From assembly GCA_934203105.1 (NCBI GenBank), contig CAKPYQ010000002.1, positions 8,277 through 72,276 on the forward strand: a stretch of 64,000 nt of DNA, in the 5' to 3' direction. The position numbers and the translations under genes are program-made. Shown here in pieces: positions 19,989 through 29,768 of the stretch; the stretch's first letter is position 1, and each line of letters opens with the position of its first letter. The stretch is from an uncultured Alphaproteobacteria bacterium. Lineage in GTDB: Bacteria > Pseudomonadota > Alphaproteobacteria > CAAHEQ01 > UBA3637. The notes beneath the pieces are model-generated. The model was not told the DNA's origin. It ran no database searches and was given only the letters and a program-made list of their open reading frames with translations.

Positions 19989-21275
19989 TTATTTTTTCTT
20001 GATTTCGGTCATACCGCCCATATATGGTCTTAATGCTTCCGGAATACGTACGGAACCGTCAGCTTGCAAGTTGTTTTCCAAGAATGCAATCAACATACGC
20101 GGCGGAGCAACAACCGTATTATTTAACGTATGAGCAAAGTATTTTTTACCGTCTTTGCCGGCAACGCGGATTTTTAAGCGGCGTGCTTGCGCATCGCCCA
20201 AAGTCGAGCAAGAACAAACTTCAAAATACTTCTTTTGACGCGGAGACCAAGCTTCAACGTCCAAAGATTTAACTTTTAAATCAGCCAAGTCACCCGAACA
20301 GCATTCCAAAGTCCGAACAGGAATATCCATCGAACGGAATAATTCAACCGACATTTTCCACATTTTATCGTACCAAGCCATACTATCTTCGGGTTTGCAA
20401 ACAACAATCATTTCTTGTTTTTCGAATTGGTGGATACGATATACGCCGCGTTCTTCAATACCGTGAGCGCCTTTTTCTTTACGGAAGCAGGGCGAATAGC
20501 TGGTCAACGTATAGGGTAATTTATCCTCCGGAATAATTTGATCAATGAATTTACCGATCATTGAATGTTCGCTGGTGCCGATTAAATACAAATCTTCACC
20601 TTCGATTTTGTACATCATAGCTTCCATTTCCGCAAAGCTCATTACACCGGTGACGACTTGCGAGCGAATCATAAACGGCGGAATGCAATATGTAAAGCCT
20701 TTGTTGATCATAAAATCGCGCGCATAGGCCAAAATCGCCGAATGCAAGCGCGCAATATCGCCCATCAAATAATAAAAGCCGTTTCCGGCAACACGGCGGG
20801 CAGAATCTAAATCGATACCGTTAAAGCTTTCCATAATGTCCGTATGATAAGGTATTTCAAAATCAGGAACTTTCGGTTCGCCGAAACGTTCAAGTTCAAC
20901 GTTTTCGCTGTCGTCCTTACCGATATGAACAGACGGGTCAATGATGTTCGGAATGATCATCATCCGTTTTGTAATTTCGGATTGAAATTGTTCTTGTTCT
21001 TTTTCCAATTCGACAATTTGATCGCCGATTTTTTGGCTTTCAGCTTTGATTTGTTCGGCTTGATCTTTGTTACCTGATGACATTAAACTGCCGATTTGTT
21101 TTGAAAGCTTTGTTCTTTCGGCGCGCAAAGTTTCGACTTTTACGATTGCAGCGCGGTTTTTCTTATCTAAATCAATTACTTCGTCGACCAAGACAAGCTT
21201 ATTGTCTTGGAATTTCTTTTTAATATTTTCCTTTACAAGTTCGGGATTTTCACGAATCAGTTTAATGTCAATCAT
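19989..21275 (-). CDS. serS: Seryl-tRNA synthetase
   Basis: The N-terminus is a coiled-coil (MIDIKLIRENPELV...). The catalytic core is class II. Confidence 0.9.
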   Translation of the reverse strand: MIDIKLIRENPELVKENIKKKFQDNKLVLVDEVIDLDKKNRAAIVKVETLRAERTKLSKQIGSLMSSGNKDQAEQIKAESQKIGDQIVELEKEQEQFQSEITKRMMIIPNIIDPSVHIGKDDSENVELERFGEPKVPDFEIPYHTDIMESFNGIDLDSARRVAGNGFYYLMGDIARLHSAILAYARDFMINKGFTYCIPPFMIRSQVVTGVMSFAEMEAMMYKIEGEDLYLIGTSEHSMIGKFIDQIIPEDKLPYTLTSYSPCFRKEKGAHGIEERGVYRIHQFEKQEMIVVCKPEDSMAWYDKMWKMSVELFRSMDIPVRTLECCSGDLADLKVKSLDVEAWSPRQKKYFEVCSCSTLGDAQARRLKIRVAGKDGKKYFAHTLNNTVVAPPRMLIAFLENNLQADGSVRIPEALRPYMGGMTEIKKK

Positions 21276-21389
21276 CTTTTATAACTCCTTTAAAATAAAG
21301 ATAACTTTTATCTTTTACTCTGCTTTGCATAAAAAATCAAGTAAAATGTTAAAAAAAGGAAGATATTTTCATACCTTCCTTATCATTGA

Positions 21390-22154
21390 TTATTTGTTGC
21401 GGAAAATATCGTTTAATTTCGGCACGATTGCCAACATTTGCCCCAAATACTCATCGCGCGTCGCATGCGCAAAAGCGTTTGTGTCTTTTGGGAAACATTT
21501 ACCGCCGTAACCGAATTTTCCGTCCGGACCCGGAACAAAAGTATGTGTCGGGCTGATATAACCGGACAACAAAACGCCTTTTTGAACCGTGTCATAGTCA
21601 GCGCCCATTTTTTGACAATAGTCATAAACGGCGTTAAAGTAAGTCACTTTCAAAGCGCCAAACACGTTATGAACGTATTTTGTAATTTCGGCTTCTAATG
21701 AGCTCATCACCAAATATTTTTTGTTTGGGAAGATTTCTTTTAATAAATCAACGTGAGCAGTAAAGACGATGTCTTGATGTTCAAAGTCGCTGATTGACGT
21801 GCGTTCGGTTAAAAATTCGGGCATAAAGTAAACTTCTTTGCCGGTTTCTTTGGATAAAGCAGCGCTTGTCCCCGGCAAAATCGTCGTTCTGATAAAAATC
21901 GGCGTGTTGTCCGGCAACGTTTTTAAAATGCTTTTGTACAAAGTCATATCTTGGCTGCCGTCGGCTTCTGTCGGCACATGCAAGCTCATAAAAATTACGT
22001 CGCTGGCGGATAAATCATCATTAAAACCTTTGGGCGGGTCGGACACTAAAACTTTATGTTCCGTGTTTTTTTCAATCCAAGCCTTTAATGCGCCACCAAT
22101 GACGCCGCAACCGACGATACCAACAGTTCTTTTAGTCATAATATTTCCTTTCAT
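21390..22154 (-). CDS. UDP-glucose/GDP-mannose dehydrogenase family protein, short form lacking the C-terminal UDP-sugar-binding domain
   Basis: GIVGCGVIGG forms the Rossmann fold. FGYGGKCFPKD is the catalytic-Cys motif. The protein ends about 35 aa after it. A terminator hairpin aggaag/cttcct follows. Confidence 0.55.
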   Translation of the reverse strand: MKGNIMTKRTVGIVGCGVIGGALKAWIEKNTEHKVLVSDPPKGFNDDLSASDVIFMSLHVPTEADGSQDMTLYKSILKTLPDNTPIFIRTTILPGTSAALSKETGKEVYFMPEFLTERTSISDFEHQDIVFTAHVDLLKEIFPNKKYLVMSSLEAEITKYVHNVFGALKVTYFNAVYDYCQKMGADYDTVQKGVLLSGYISPTHTFVPGPDGKFGYGGKCFPKDTNAFAHATRDEYLGQMLAIVPKLNDIFRNK

Positions 22155-22286
22155 TGAAATTCGATAATGGCGTCATTTTATCACCCTATATCGATATGTC
22201 AAGATAAAATTATCGGGTTTAGGTTTTACTTTGCCGACCGCATAGAAAATCAGATTTAAGAAAAGCGCCGTTTATTCATTTTTTGT

Positions 22287-22315
22287 TTGACAAAAAACGG
22301 GTGCTTTTATATGAT
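22287..22315 (+). promoter_or_regulatory. Near-consensus sigma70 promoter for cysteine-rich gene 2 (TTGACA, 17-bp spacer, TATGAT)
   Basis: The sequence is TTGACAaaaaacgggtgcttttaTATGAT, about 30 nt upstream of a ribosome-binding site (AGAGAGAAA) and the ATG at 22349. Confidence 0.55.
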
Positions 22316-22348
22316 GCTTAAATAGGAAGTTTTTTATAAAGAGAGAAA

Positions 22349-24223
22349 ATGAAAAACAATCAATGCAATAATAAAATCAATCAAACCGGCCGGTCGATGC
22401 TTGAAATATTAGCGGTGCTTTTAATTATGGGAATGCTGTCGATTGCGGCATTATTGGGCTTTAAATACGCGATGGACAACCTCAAAGCGAACGAGATTTT
22501 AAATAATGTGCGTTTGGCGGCAGCGGTCGTTTTGCAACATGAAGAAATCTTGGTTGAAAGCGACGGAAGCATTGATATTTCAGAATTTCAAAAAACAATT
22601 TTGTACGATATGTCGGCCGAGCAGGTGGGGGAAGAATATGCTTTTGCGATCAATGTGTTTGAAGTTCAAAAAGGCGTTTGCGATGCGGTTATTCGCCGTG
22701 CTGATAATCAATATTTGATTCGTTTGGACGGGGAAGATACGACCGAATGCCAAGACAAAAACAAAATGCAATTTATATTTAATATGGACGAGGCGTGTCC
22801 TTCAAATTGTCCGCCGGAGCGTTGTTGTAATAAAAACAAGTGTTGCAGCGAAGGTCAAACGTGCATTAACGGCCGGTGTGTAGATGAAAATTTATGTGAC
22901 AATTGGGACACACAACAAGTTTGCGGAACGTCGACATGTTGTGATAAAGACAAATTTTGTTGCGCGGATAAATGTTGTGAAACACCGTTTTGTTCGGCGG
23001 ATCAAAGCAAATGTTGCGGAACGGCTTTGTTGGGGGGCGTTGAAACGAACTTGATTCCCGACGCAAGCAATCCGTCCGAATGCGTTTGCCCCACGGTGAA
23101 TGGAACCCGGCTGGTATTAAAAAACGGTTCTTGCGAATGTCCGGACGCCGGCTTTACTTTGGTCGATGGGGCGTGTGTTCGCTTTAATTGCGACGAAGGA
23201 ACGGGCGGTAATACATACGAATGCTATATTAATGGTAAATTGTGCGGACATTTTTGTACTGCCGAAGCTTCGGATTGTGAAAACGGTATTTGCCGGCAAA
23301 AAGATTGTGTTGCAGGACAACCGTTGCTTTACCATGGTCATCCGGGATATTATTACGGATGCAAAAAAGAATATAACTCTGATGTAACATGTTATATGAC
23401 GACCAAAGATGGTGTATACAAGTGCTATCGAAATGATGATGATTTATTGTGTGCTCTAGCAAAAATGAATGCGTCGGGTGAGCTGTATTTTATCTATGGA
23501 ACATGCGACGATAACATTTGCAAAGCGATTGATCCTAATGCTGTGTTTATGCGTTGGGGGGATGCAAACAGCTATAATGGCGGGTGTTTGTTTGATGATA
23601 ACTTGTTGTGTACGCCTTACGGCACGAAATATTGGACTTGTTTTAAAAACGGCTATAAATGCGGTACGGAGTGCACAAATCCGTTAAACTGCGGAACTTG
23701 CAACGATTATGATTGTCCGGACGGATTGAGCTATAACAGAGAGTTAAAACGTTGTGAAACAGAAACTTATTACTGTGACGTAACACAAGGAAAATGGTCA
23801 GAAGTTTGTTATATGAAAAGTGACAATTCGCGATGCGCTACAATTAACAGCAATGCTCCTGAGAAGGGTTTTGCTTACGGAACATGCGTGGCTGATAAAT
23901 GTACCGCTGCGGGTATGAAGTTTGCATATGTGAGCGAGGAAAATTATTGGGGCTGCCTTGATGAGAATACGGGGATTAGTTGTATCCCTAATTATTCTGT
24001 ATGCTATTATAATGGCAAGCTTTGCGGAAACTATTGTCAATTGGGAGGGACAGAGTGCAAACAAGCTTATCAAAAGCAATGTGCCGCAGCGGGATACTGC
24101 CCGCAAACCGGTTATTTAATTGATGATTGCGTATGCGATGGGCAAGAAAGCGAAGTTGACGGCAAACGTTATTGTTGTCCGGAGGGACATCGATATGAAA
24201 ACGGCGCTTGCACGATGTTGTAA
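22349..24223 (+). CDS. Giant cysteine-rich secreted or surface protein with a type IV prepilin-like N-terminal motif (MKNNQCNNKINQTG|RSMLEILAVLLIMGMLSIAALLGF), paralogue 2
   Basis: It has a short basic leader ending in Gly, Glu at +5 and a hydrophobic helix. A domain of about 100 aa follows. The next roughly 480 aa contain about 90 Cys in irregular Cys-rich modules. Confidence 0.7.
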   Translation: MKNNQCNNKINQTGRSMLEILAVLLIMGMLSIAALLGFKYAMDNLKANEILNNVRLAAAVVLQHEEILVESDGSIDISEFQKTILYDMSAEQVGEEYAFAINVFEVQKGVCDAVIRRADNQYLIRLDGEDTTECQDKNKMQFIFNMDEACPSNCPPERCCNKNKCCSEGQTCINGRCVDENLCDNWDTQQVCGTSTCCDKDKFCCADKCCETPFCSADQSKCCGTALLGGVETNLIPDASNPSECVCPTVNGTRLVLKNGSCECPDAGFTLVDGACVRFNCDEGTGGNTYECYINGKLCGHFCTAEASDCENGICRQKDCVAGQPLLYHGHPGYYYGCKKEYNSDVTCYMTTKDGVYKCYRNDDDLLCALAKMNASGELYFIYGTCDDNICKAIDPNAVFMRWGDANSYNGGCLFDDNLLCTPYGTKYWTCFKNGYKCGTECTNPLNCGTCNDYDCPDGLSYNRELKRCETETYYCDVTQGKWSEVCYMKSDNSRCATINSNAPEKGFAYGTCVADKCTAAGMKFAYVSEENYWGCLDENTGISCIPNYSVCYYNGKLCGNYCQLGGTECKQAYQKQCAAAGYCPQTGYLIDDCVCDGQESEVDGKRYCCPEGHRYENGACTML

Positions 24224-24265
24224 ACGGGAATAGGGCGAACAGATCCCTGCTTTTAAAAATAAAAG

Positions 24266-24745
24266 TTATCGAATTATTTTGCGCATAAAGCCGTGGCAAA
24301 GCGCAATAGCCAAAGCATCGGCTGCATCAGGTGGTAATTTGTCCGGCAAAGTCGGCATCATTTGGCGTACCATTAAATCGACTTGGGGTTTAGCGGCATG
24401 CCCGACTCCGACAACCATTTTTTTGATTTGGTTAGGAGTGTATTCCGCGACCGGTATTTTATATAAAGCCGGTGTTAAAATAGCAACGCCGCGTGCTTGT
24501 CCCAACTTTAAGGTTGACGTCGGGTTGACGTTGACAAAGGTTTCTTCAATAGCGGCTTCTTGTGGCGCGTATTCAGTAATGACTTTAACCAAAGCATCGT
24601 GGATTTGCGCCAACCTTTCGGCCAAAGTTAAATCTGTATCGGCAGAAATAACCCCGGCCGCCACAAAACGAATTGACGAACCACTTTTATCAATGATTCC
24701 CCAACCTGTGTGACGTAAACCGGGGTCAAGTCCTAATATACGCAT
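24266..24745 (-). CDS. ruvC: Holliday junction resolvase RuvC
   Basis: [18 protein letters not shown]... The start overlaps the yebC stop (TAATG). Confidence 0.85.
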   Translation of the reverse strand: MRILGLDPGLRHTGWGIIDKSGSSIRFVAAGVISADTDLTLAERLAQIHDALVKVITEYAPQEAAIEETFVNVNPTSTLKLGQARGVAILTPALYKIPVAEYTPNQIKKMVVGVGHAAKPQVDLMVRQMMPTLPDKLPPDAADALAIALCHGFMRKIIR

Positions 24746-25497
24746 TAAGCGTTCAACTTTTCCAAGATTTCCGGTGCGATTTCAGCGTTTGTTGTCACGC
24801 GTTGTACATCGTCATCTTCATTCAAAGCATCAATGAATGTCATCAATTTTTCGGCTGTTTCCAAATCATTAACTTCGGCCGGAACTAAAACTTTCCAATC
24901 CAAACGGCAAACTGTCGGGTCGCCGAATTTGCCTTCCAATGCCGAGCGAACAGCCGACAAATCGTCCGGATTGCAATAAATTGTGTGTGTTTCTTCGTCG
25001 GATTCGACATCATTAGCACCCGCTTCCAAAATTGCTTCGAACATAGCGTCTGCATCAGCCGTGCTTGCCGGATATTCAATCAAACCGACGCGTTCAAAGT
25101 TAAAAGAAACAGAGCCGGTTTCGCCCATATTTCCACCGCGTTTTGTGAAAATCGAACGCAAGTTCGGAGCTGTACGCGCACGGTTGTCCGTCAAAGCTTC
25201 CACAATAACGGCAACATTGCCCGGAGCAAATCCTTCATAACGGATTTCTTCGTAAACCGTATTATCTTCGCCCGGAGCACCTTTTTTAATGGCTCGTTCA
25301 ATATTGTCTTTTGGCATATTTTCGGCGCGGGCAGCCAAAATAGCCGAACGCAAGCGCGGATTAGACGCCGGATCCGGTAAGCCGGTCTTTGCAGCAACCG
25401 TGATTTCACGGGCTAATTTTGAAAAAACTCTTGCTCTTGCAGCATCTTGCGCACCTTTGCGGTGCATAATGTTTTTAAATTGAGAATGTCCAGACAT
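24745..25497 (-). CDS. yebC: YebC/PmpR family DNA-binding regulatory protein
   Basis: The start is [22 protein letters not shown]. The track ORF carries an 11-aa spurious extension. Confidence 0.85.
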   Translation of the reverse strand: MSGHSQFKNIMHRKGAQDAARARVFSKLAREITVAAKTGLPDPASNPRLRSAILAARAENMPKDNIERAIKKGAPGEDNTVYEEIRYEGFAPGNVAVIVEALTDNRARTAPNLRSIFTKRGGNMGETGSVSFNFERVGLIEYPASTADADAMFEAILEAGANDVESDEETHTIYCNPDDLSAVRSALEGKFGDPTVCRLDWKVLVPAEVNDLETAEKLMTFIDALNEDDDVQRVTTNAEIAPEILEKLNA

Positions 25498-25591
25498 AAT
25501 ATAAATCCTTTCAAATAATCCGTTAAGCATTCAAATTATTTGGCGAATATATCACAGTTTAAACCGCTTTTCAAGGGGGTAAATAAAATTT

Positions 25592-26398
25592 TTATTCTTC
25601 CGTATTGATCAAATGCGCGCCAATGCGAACGGGACGTATCGTTTGACATAAACCGGTGCGATCGTCAGTTTGAATAAACACCGCGCAAAGTGTTGCTTTT
25701 TGTTCGGCCGGAGCCATTCGAAGCGGCTCGCCCCCCGTAAATCGAGGCAAAACCGTTTCGGTGGTCATACCGATAATGGAATAATAATCGCCGCACATAC
25801 CGATGTCGGTAATGTATCCTGTTCCCTTTGGCAAAATCATTGCGTCGGCGGTCGGAATATGTGTGTGCGTTCCGGCCACCAAAGAAGCTTTACCGTCGGA
25901 TAAAAATCCCATAGCCATTTTTTCCGAAGTTGCTTCGGCATGAACATCAACAATAATGGCTTGAAGATCGCTCCCCAAGGGGTGCTTTTCATAAAAATCC
26001 AACAAAAAAGGCAACGGTGCACCATTGTTGCGCATAAAGATTTGTCCCAACACTTGAATAACTCCGACCTTGCGACCGTCGCTTAACGTGTAAATTGTAC
26101 AACCTTGTCCGATTGTGCCTTCGGGATAATTGATCGGGCGAATGATGTCGGATCGTGAGGATAAAACAGGAAAAATATCTTTTTTATCAAAAGTATGGTT
26201 GCCCATAGTAATTACATCGGCGCCGGCTTTTTTTAATGCGTCAAACATCTTTGGCGTTAAGCCGAATCCGTGCGCGGCATTTTCTGCATTGACTACGATA
26301 AAATCCAAACTTAACTTTTCTTTTAATACGGGCAGTTGATTTAAAACTAACTCTCTGCCGGATTTGCCGACAATATCACCTAAAAACAAAACTTTCAT
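25592..26398 (-). CDS. YmdB-like metallophosphoesterase (TIGR00282 family)
   Basis: MKVLFLGDIVGKSGRELV..., GNHTFD and GTHTHIPTAD are calcineurin-like motifs. Confidence 0.75.
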   Translation of the reverse strand: MKVLFLGDIVGKSGRELVLNQLPVLKEKLSLDFIVVNAENAAHGFGLTPKMFDALKKAGADVITMGNHTFDKKDIFPVLSSRSDIIRPINYPEGTIGQGCTIYTLSDGRKVGVIQVLGQIFMRNNGAPLPFLLDFYEKHPLGSDLQAIIVDVHAEATSEKMAMGFLSDGKASLVAGTHTHIPTADAMILPKGTGYITDIGMCGDYYSIIGMTTETVLPRFTGGEPLRMAPAEQKATLCAVFIQTDDRTGLCQTIRPVRIGAHLINTEE

Positions 26399-26539
26399 TA
26401 TATATGTGTCCTTTTTTGGGACTGATTATAGCATAATTGATTTTTAATTCAAGTTTTTTTAGATGTGTTAAATAAATATTTACTTTTAACGTCCTATGCT
26501 TGCGTATATCATAACATTATAACCATTGGGGGAGTACTT

Positions 26540-29500
26540 ATGTCTTTTAAAAAATCTTTATTATTTTGTTCATTATTATCGGTCTTGTTAAACCCGTTGT
26601 CCGTACCGGCTTTTGCAGCGGTCCCCGGCAGAGGCGCTGTGCAAACAAAAGCAGTTGCACCGGCAAAACGCGTTGTGAATACCAGAAAAGCAAATTCCCC
26701 GCGTATTTATCGTCCGCGCAGCGTCGGCAAAGGGCCTTTCCAAGAGGTACAGAAATATTTACAATCGCGTAATTATTCGGGGTTGAAAACGGCCGCATCG
26801 CGGGGATTAGACTTGAACGCCAAAAATGCCGACGGTGATACATCGGTATGCGTAGCCGTCAAACAAGATGATTATAATTCATTCCACGTTTTAAAATCGT
26901 TGAAAGCGGATTTGGCGCCGAGTTGTATTCGTGACATTCCCGAATCGCAAAAACAGCATTTTATCAACACTTATTTAAGCAAAGGCGGTGTTTTGAGCCT
27001 TGCAACGCAAGAAGCAATGATGGCAGGTCCGATTAACTGGCCGTTGATCGCGGGTGTCGGCGTTGGTGTTGCCGTGGTTGGCGGTGGAGCTATTGCGGCA
27101 ATTGCTGCGTCCGGCGGCGGTTCCAGCAAATCGAACGGTGGCAGCAGTGCTGACGTTCCGGGATTTGATCCGGATACCAGTCCGGACAACCCTCCGTCAT
27201 CAGATCCGACAAGTCCTGAATATTATCGAACCAGAGAGTTTTTAGGAACAAATTTCCAAAACACCGATGGTTTTTTGGGACAAATCAGAGCGGATTACGC
27301 TTATGCAACAATGGCCAAAAACAATTTACCTATGGCAGGTGAGGGGATTGTGGTTGGTGTAATCGATAATGCTGTCGATGTCAATCATCGTGATTTGGCA
27401 AACAATATTTTAAAAGATGCCAGCGGCAATGTGATCGGTGCGAACTTTAATCATGGGCCGTGTCGCGGATCAGATAGAACAAACTGTTGGACATACAATT
27501 CTGATTGGGGTATTACCAGTTTTTACGATGGGGAAGGTTCTATTGCAAAATCAATTTATGCTCTTGAATCAGATTGGGAAGATTATCAATCGCTCTTTCC
27601 GGCTGATTGGGATTGGGATGCACATAAAAATGACCCGAGCCCGGTTGATTATTCGGAAAGTCACGGAACGCATGTAGCCGGTATTATGGCTGCAACAAAA
27701 GACGGATACGGAATGCATGGTGTTGCCTATAATGCTAAAATTTTGGGTGTTCAGCGGACTTTGGGCTGGTATGATCCATACAACAGCTATGTTGAAGACT
27801 TGTTTAAATTTGCCGTAGATAACGGGGCGCAAGTGATTAACAACAGTTGGGGAGGTGGCGGTTATATGTCTTATGACGTTTCCGACAACGCTGCCAACGC
27901 TGATGTTTACTTGCAAAATGCTGTCCAGTATGCGGCCGATCACGGAGTTGTTACTTTGTTTGCTGCCGGCAATGACGGTAACAGCCTTCAACCCGGCATG
28001 GAAAGTGCTGTACCAATGGCATTGCCAAATATATTGTATTATAAAGATGGTGATACATTAAAGCCTTTTACGTCCTATCCGGCCGATGAAAGCAAGATTG
28101 CATCCAGTTTATTTGTCACGGTTGTCAGTGTCAACAGCGATAATGAATTAGCCTATTATTCACAAAGATGCGGATCGGCCGCTAAATGGTGTATTGCCGC
28201 TCCCGGTGGTGAACAGTTTTCCAGCACTGAAGGCGGTATCGGCTCGACGGTTCCGGGCGGAAAATATGACAGAAAGCAAGGTACATCAATGGCAACACCG
28301 GTTGTAACGGGTGCTTTGGCAGCCATTATGGGCGCGGCTCCGTCGTTAAAGCCAGAGGAAGCCGTTGCAATTATGTTTGAAACCGCGACAAATATCGGAT
28401 CGGAAGATTTATTCGGACGCGGTTTGCTTAATTTAGGTGCGGCTTTAAGCCCCGTCGGAACAACTTCTTTGGCGTTGGGAAATACAACGACCGGCAATGC
28501 GGTAGGCTTTGCGGGATCCCGTGTGACAGTTCCGGCGCGTTTTGCAAACTCGATATTGGAAAAATTGCCGTCTGATTTGTTGATTTTGGATAAATACAAA
28601 CGCGGCTTTGCCGTTCCGGTTGAAAGCGTTATCCGTCCGGTCGGTCATTCCAAGCAAGCTTTTGCGGACAACTTAAAGTCCTTTACACGGTATAAAAAGC
28701 CGGTGCAAGTTGCTTTATCGGACAAAGTTTCGATGCGTTTTTCGCAAAATTCATCGGCGTTTGCGTCCAATAATTTAAACGGAATGGGGTTTGATGTCGG
28801 ATTTAATCAAAGCGATCTTTTGAATGTCAGCTTTTCATTTACTCAAAATGCAAAAGAGGGTATGGAAAATTACTTTGATCAATCGTTACGCAATCCGTTT
28901 ACCAGCTCGGCCAGCGACGTGTACGCGTTAAAGAATGTGATGAAGTTAACGGATCGTTTGGATTTTGCTGTTTCGGCTGCGGTCGGTAAAAACAACTTCT
29001 TTGACGGCAACGAACGCCTTGATTATCGCGACGAATCCGGCGTCCAAAACGGAACGGTTGCTTTGACTTATAAAGCCTTTGAAAATACAAATATGACTTT
29101 TTCGGGCGGTCTGTTGAATGAAAAAGGCTCTGTTTTAGGTCTGAACGGTTCGGGTGCGTTTGATGTGCCGGATTCGCAAACCTATTTTATGGGCGTCGAA
29201 GTGTCTTCCAACCCGATTAAAAACTTACGTTTATCGGCGGCGTACTATTACGGAACCAGCAAGGTCGGCGGTAATCAAAGCGCTTTGATGCGTTTGACGA
29301 ATGTTGAATCGGAAAGTTTGGCTTTGAATGCGCAATATGCTTTGTCAAAAGATACAACGTTGGGTTTGAAGGGGGCGTCGCCTTTGTATGTTCGCAAAGC
29401 TTCTGCGGCTTTTGACTTGCCGACGGCCAGAAATGCAACGGAAGATATCGTTTATCGTGAACGTATGACGGTCAACTTAAAATCCGAAGCCAGAGAATGG

Positions 29501-29638
29501 GATATGGCTGTGTTTGGGTCGCATAAGGTCGGTGATTGGACTTTCCAAGCAGAAGCGATGACCCGATTTAATCCGGATCATCAAGCGGATGTTAAAAACG
29601 ATTATCGTTTAATGTTCTCGGTTGGTTTTGGCTATTAG
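26540..29638 (+). CDS. Subtilisin-family (S8) serine protease with a C-terminal outer-membrane beta-barrel (autotransporter-like)
   Basis: The signal peptide is MSFKKSLLFCSLLSVLLNPLSVPAFA. The catalytic triad contexts are VGVIDNAVD (Asp), HGTHVAG (His) and GTSMATPVVTGA (Ser). The C-terminal roughly 300 aa show alternating amphipathic strands ending in FSVGFGY. A Gly-rich hydrophobic segment lies near aa 190-215. Confidence 0.65.
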   Translation: MSFKKSLLFCSLLSVLLNPLSVPAFAAVPGRGAVQTKAVAPAKRVVNTRKANSPRIYRPRSVGKGPFQEVQKYLQSRNYSGLKTAASRGLDLNAKNADGDTSVCVAVKQDDYNSFHVLKSLKADLAPSCIRDIPESQKQHFINTYLSKGGVLSLATQEAMMAGPINWPLIAGVGVGVAVVGGGAIAAIAASGGGSSKSNGGSSADVPGFDPDTSPDNPPSSDPTSPEYYRTREFLGTNFQNTDGFLGQIRADYAYATMAKNNLPMAGEGIVVGVIDNAVDVNHRDLANNILKDASGNVIGANFNHGPCRGSDRTNCWTYNSDWGITSFYDGEGSIAKSIYALESDWEDYQSLFPADWDWDAHKNDPSPVDYSESHGTHVAGIMAATKDGYGMHGVAYNAKILGVQRTLGWYDPYNSYVEDLFKFAVDNGAQVINNSWGGGGYMSYDVSDNAANADVYLQNAVQYAADHGVVTLFAAGNDGNSLQPGMESAVPMALPNILYYKDGDTLKPFTSYPADESKIASSLFVTVVSVNSDNELAYYSQRCGSAAKWCIAAPGGEQFSSTEGGIGSTVPGGKYDRKQGTSMATPVVTGALAAIMGAAPSLKPEEAVAIMFETATNIGSEDLFGRGLLNLGAALSPVGTTSLALGNTTTGNAVGFAGSRVTVPARFANSILEKLPSDLLILDKYKRGFAVPVESVIRPVGHSKQAFADNLKSFTRYKKPVQVALSDKVSMRFSQNSSAFASNNLNGMGFDVGFNQSDLLNVSFSFTQNAKEGMENYFDQSLRNPFTSSASDVYALKNVMKLTDRLDFAVSAAVGKNNFFDGNERLDYRDESGVQNGTVALTYKAFENTNMTFSGGLLNEKGSVLGLNGSGAFDVPDSQTYFMGVEVSSNPIKNLRLSAAYYYGTSKVGGNQSALMRLTNVESESLALNAQYALSKDTTLGLKGASPLYVRKASAAFDLPTARNATEDIVYRERMTVNLKSEAREWDMAVFGSHKVGDWTFQAEAMTRFNPDHQADVKNDYRLMFSVGFGY

Positions 29639-29768
29639 GCTTTAAAATCTTTCAAAAAAGCGCCGGCTTTATTTATCAGGCCGGTGTTTTTTTGTGGGGA
29701 GGGGGATAAAAAATGTGTGACACTTTAAAACGCGCCACACACTTTTATTTAAAATAAAAACTGATGTT

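Noticed and set aside
24224-24265. A weak GGG/CCC hairpin after cysteine-rich gene 2
   Set aside because: The stem is too short to call a terminator confidently, and ruvC ends in the same gap on the other strand.
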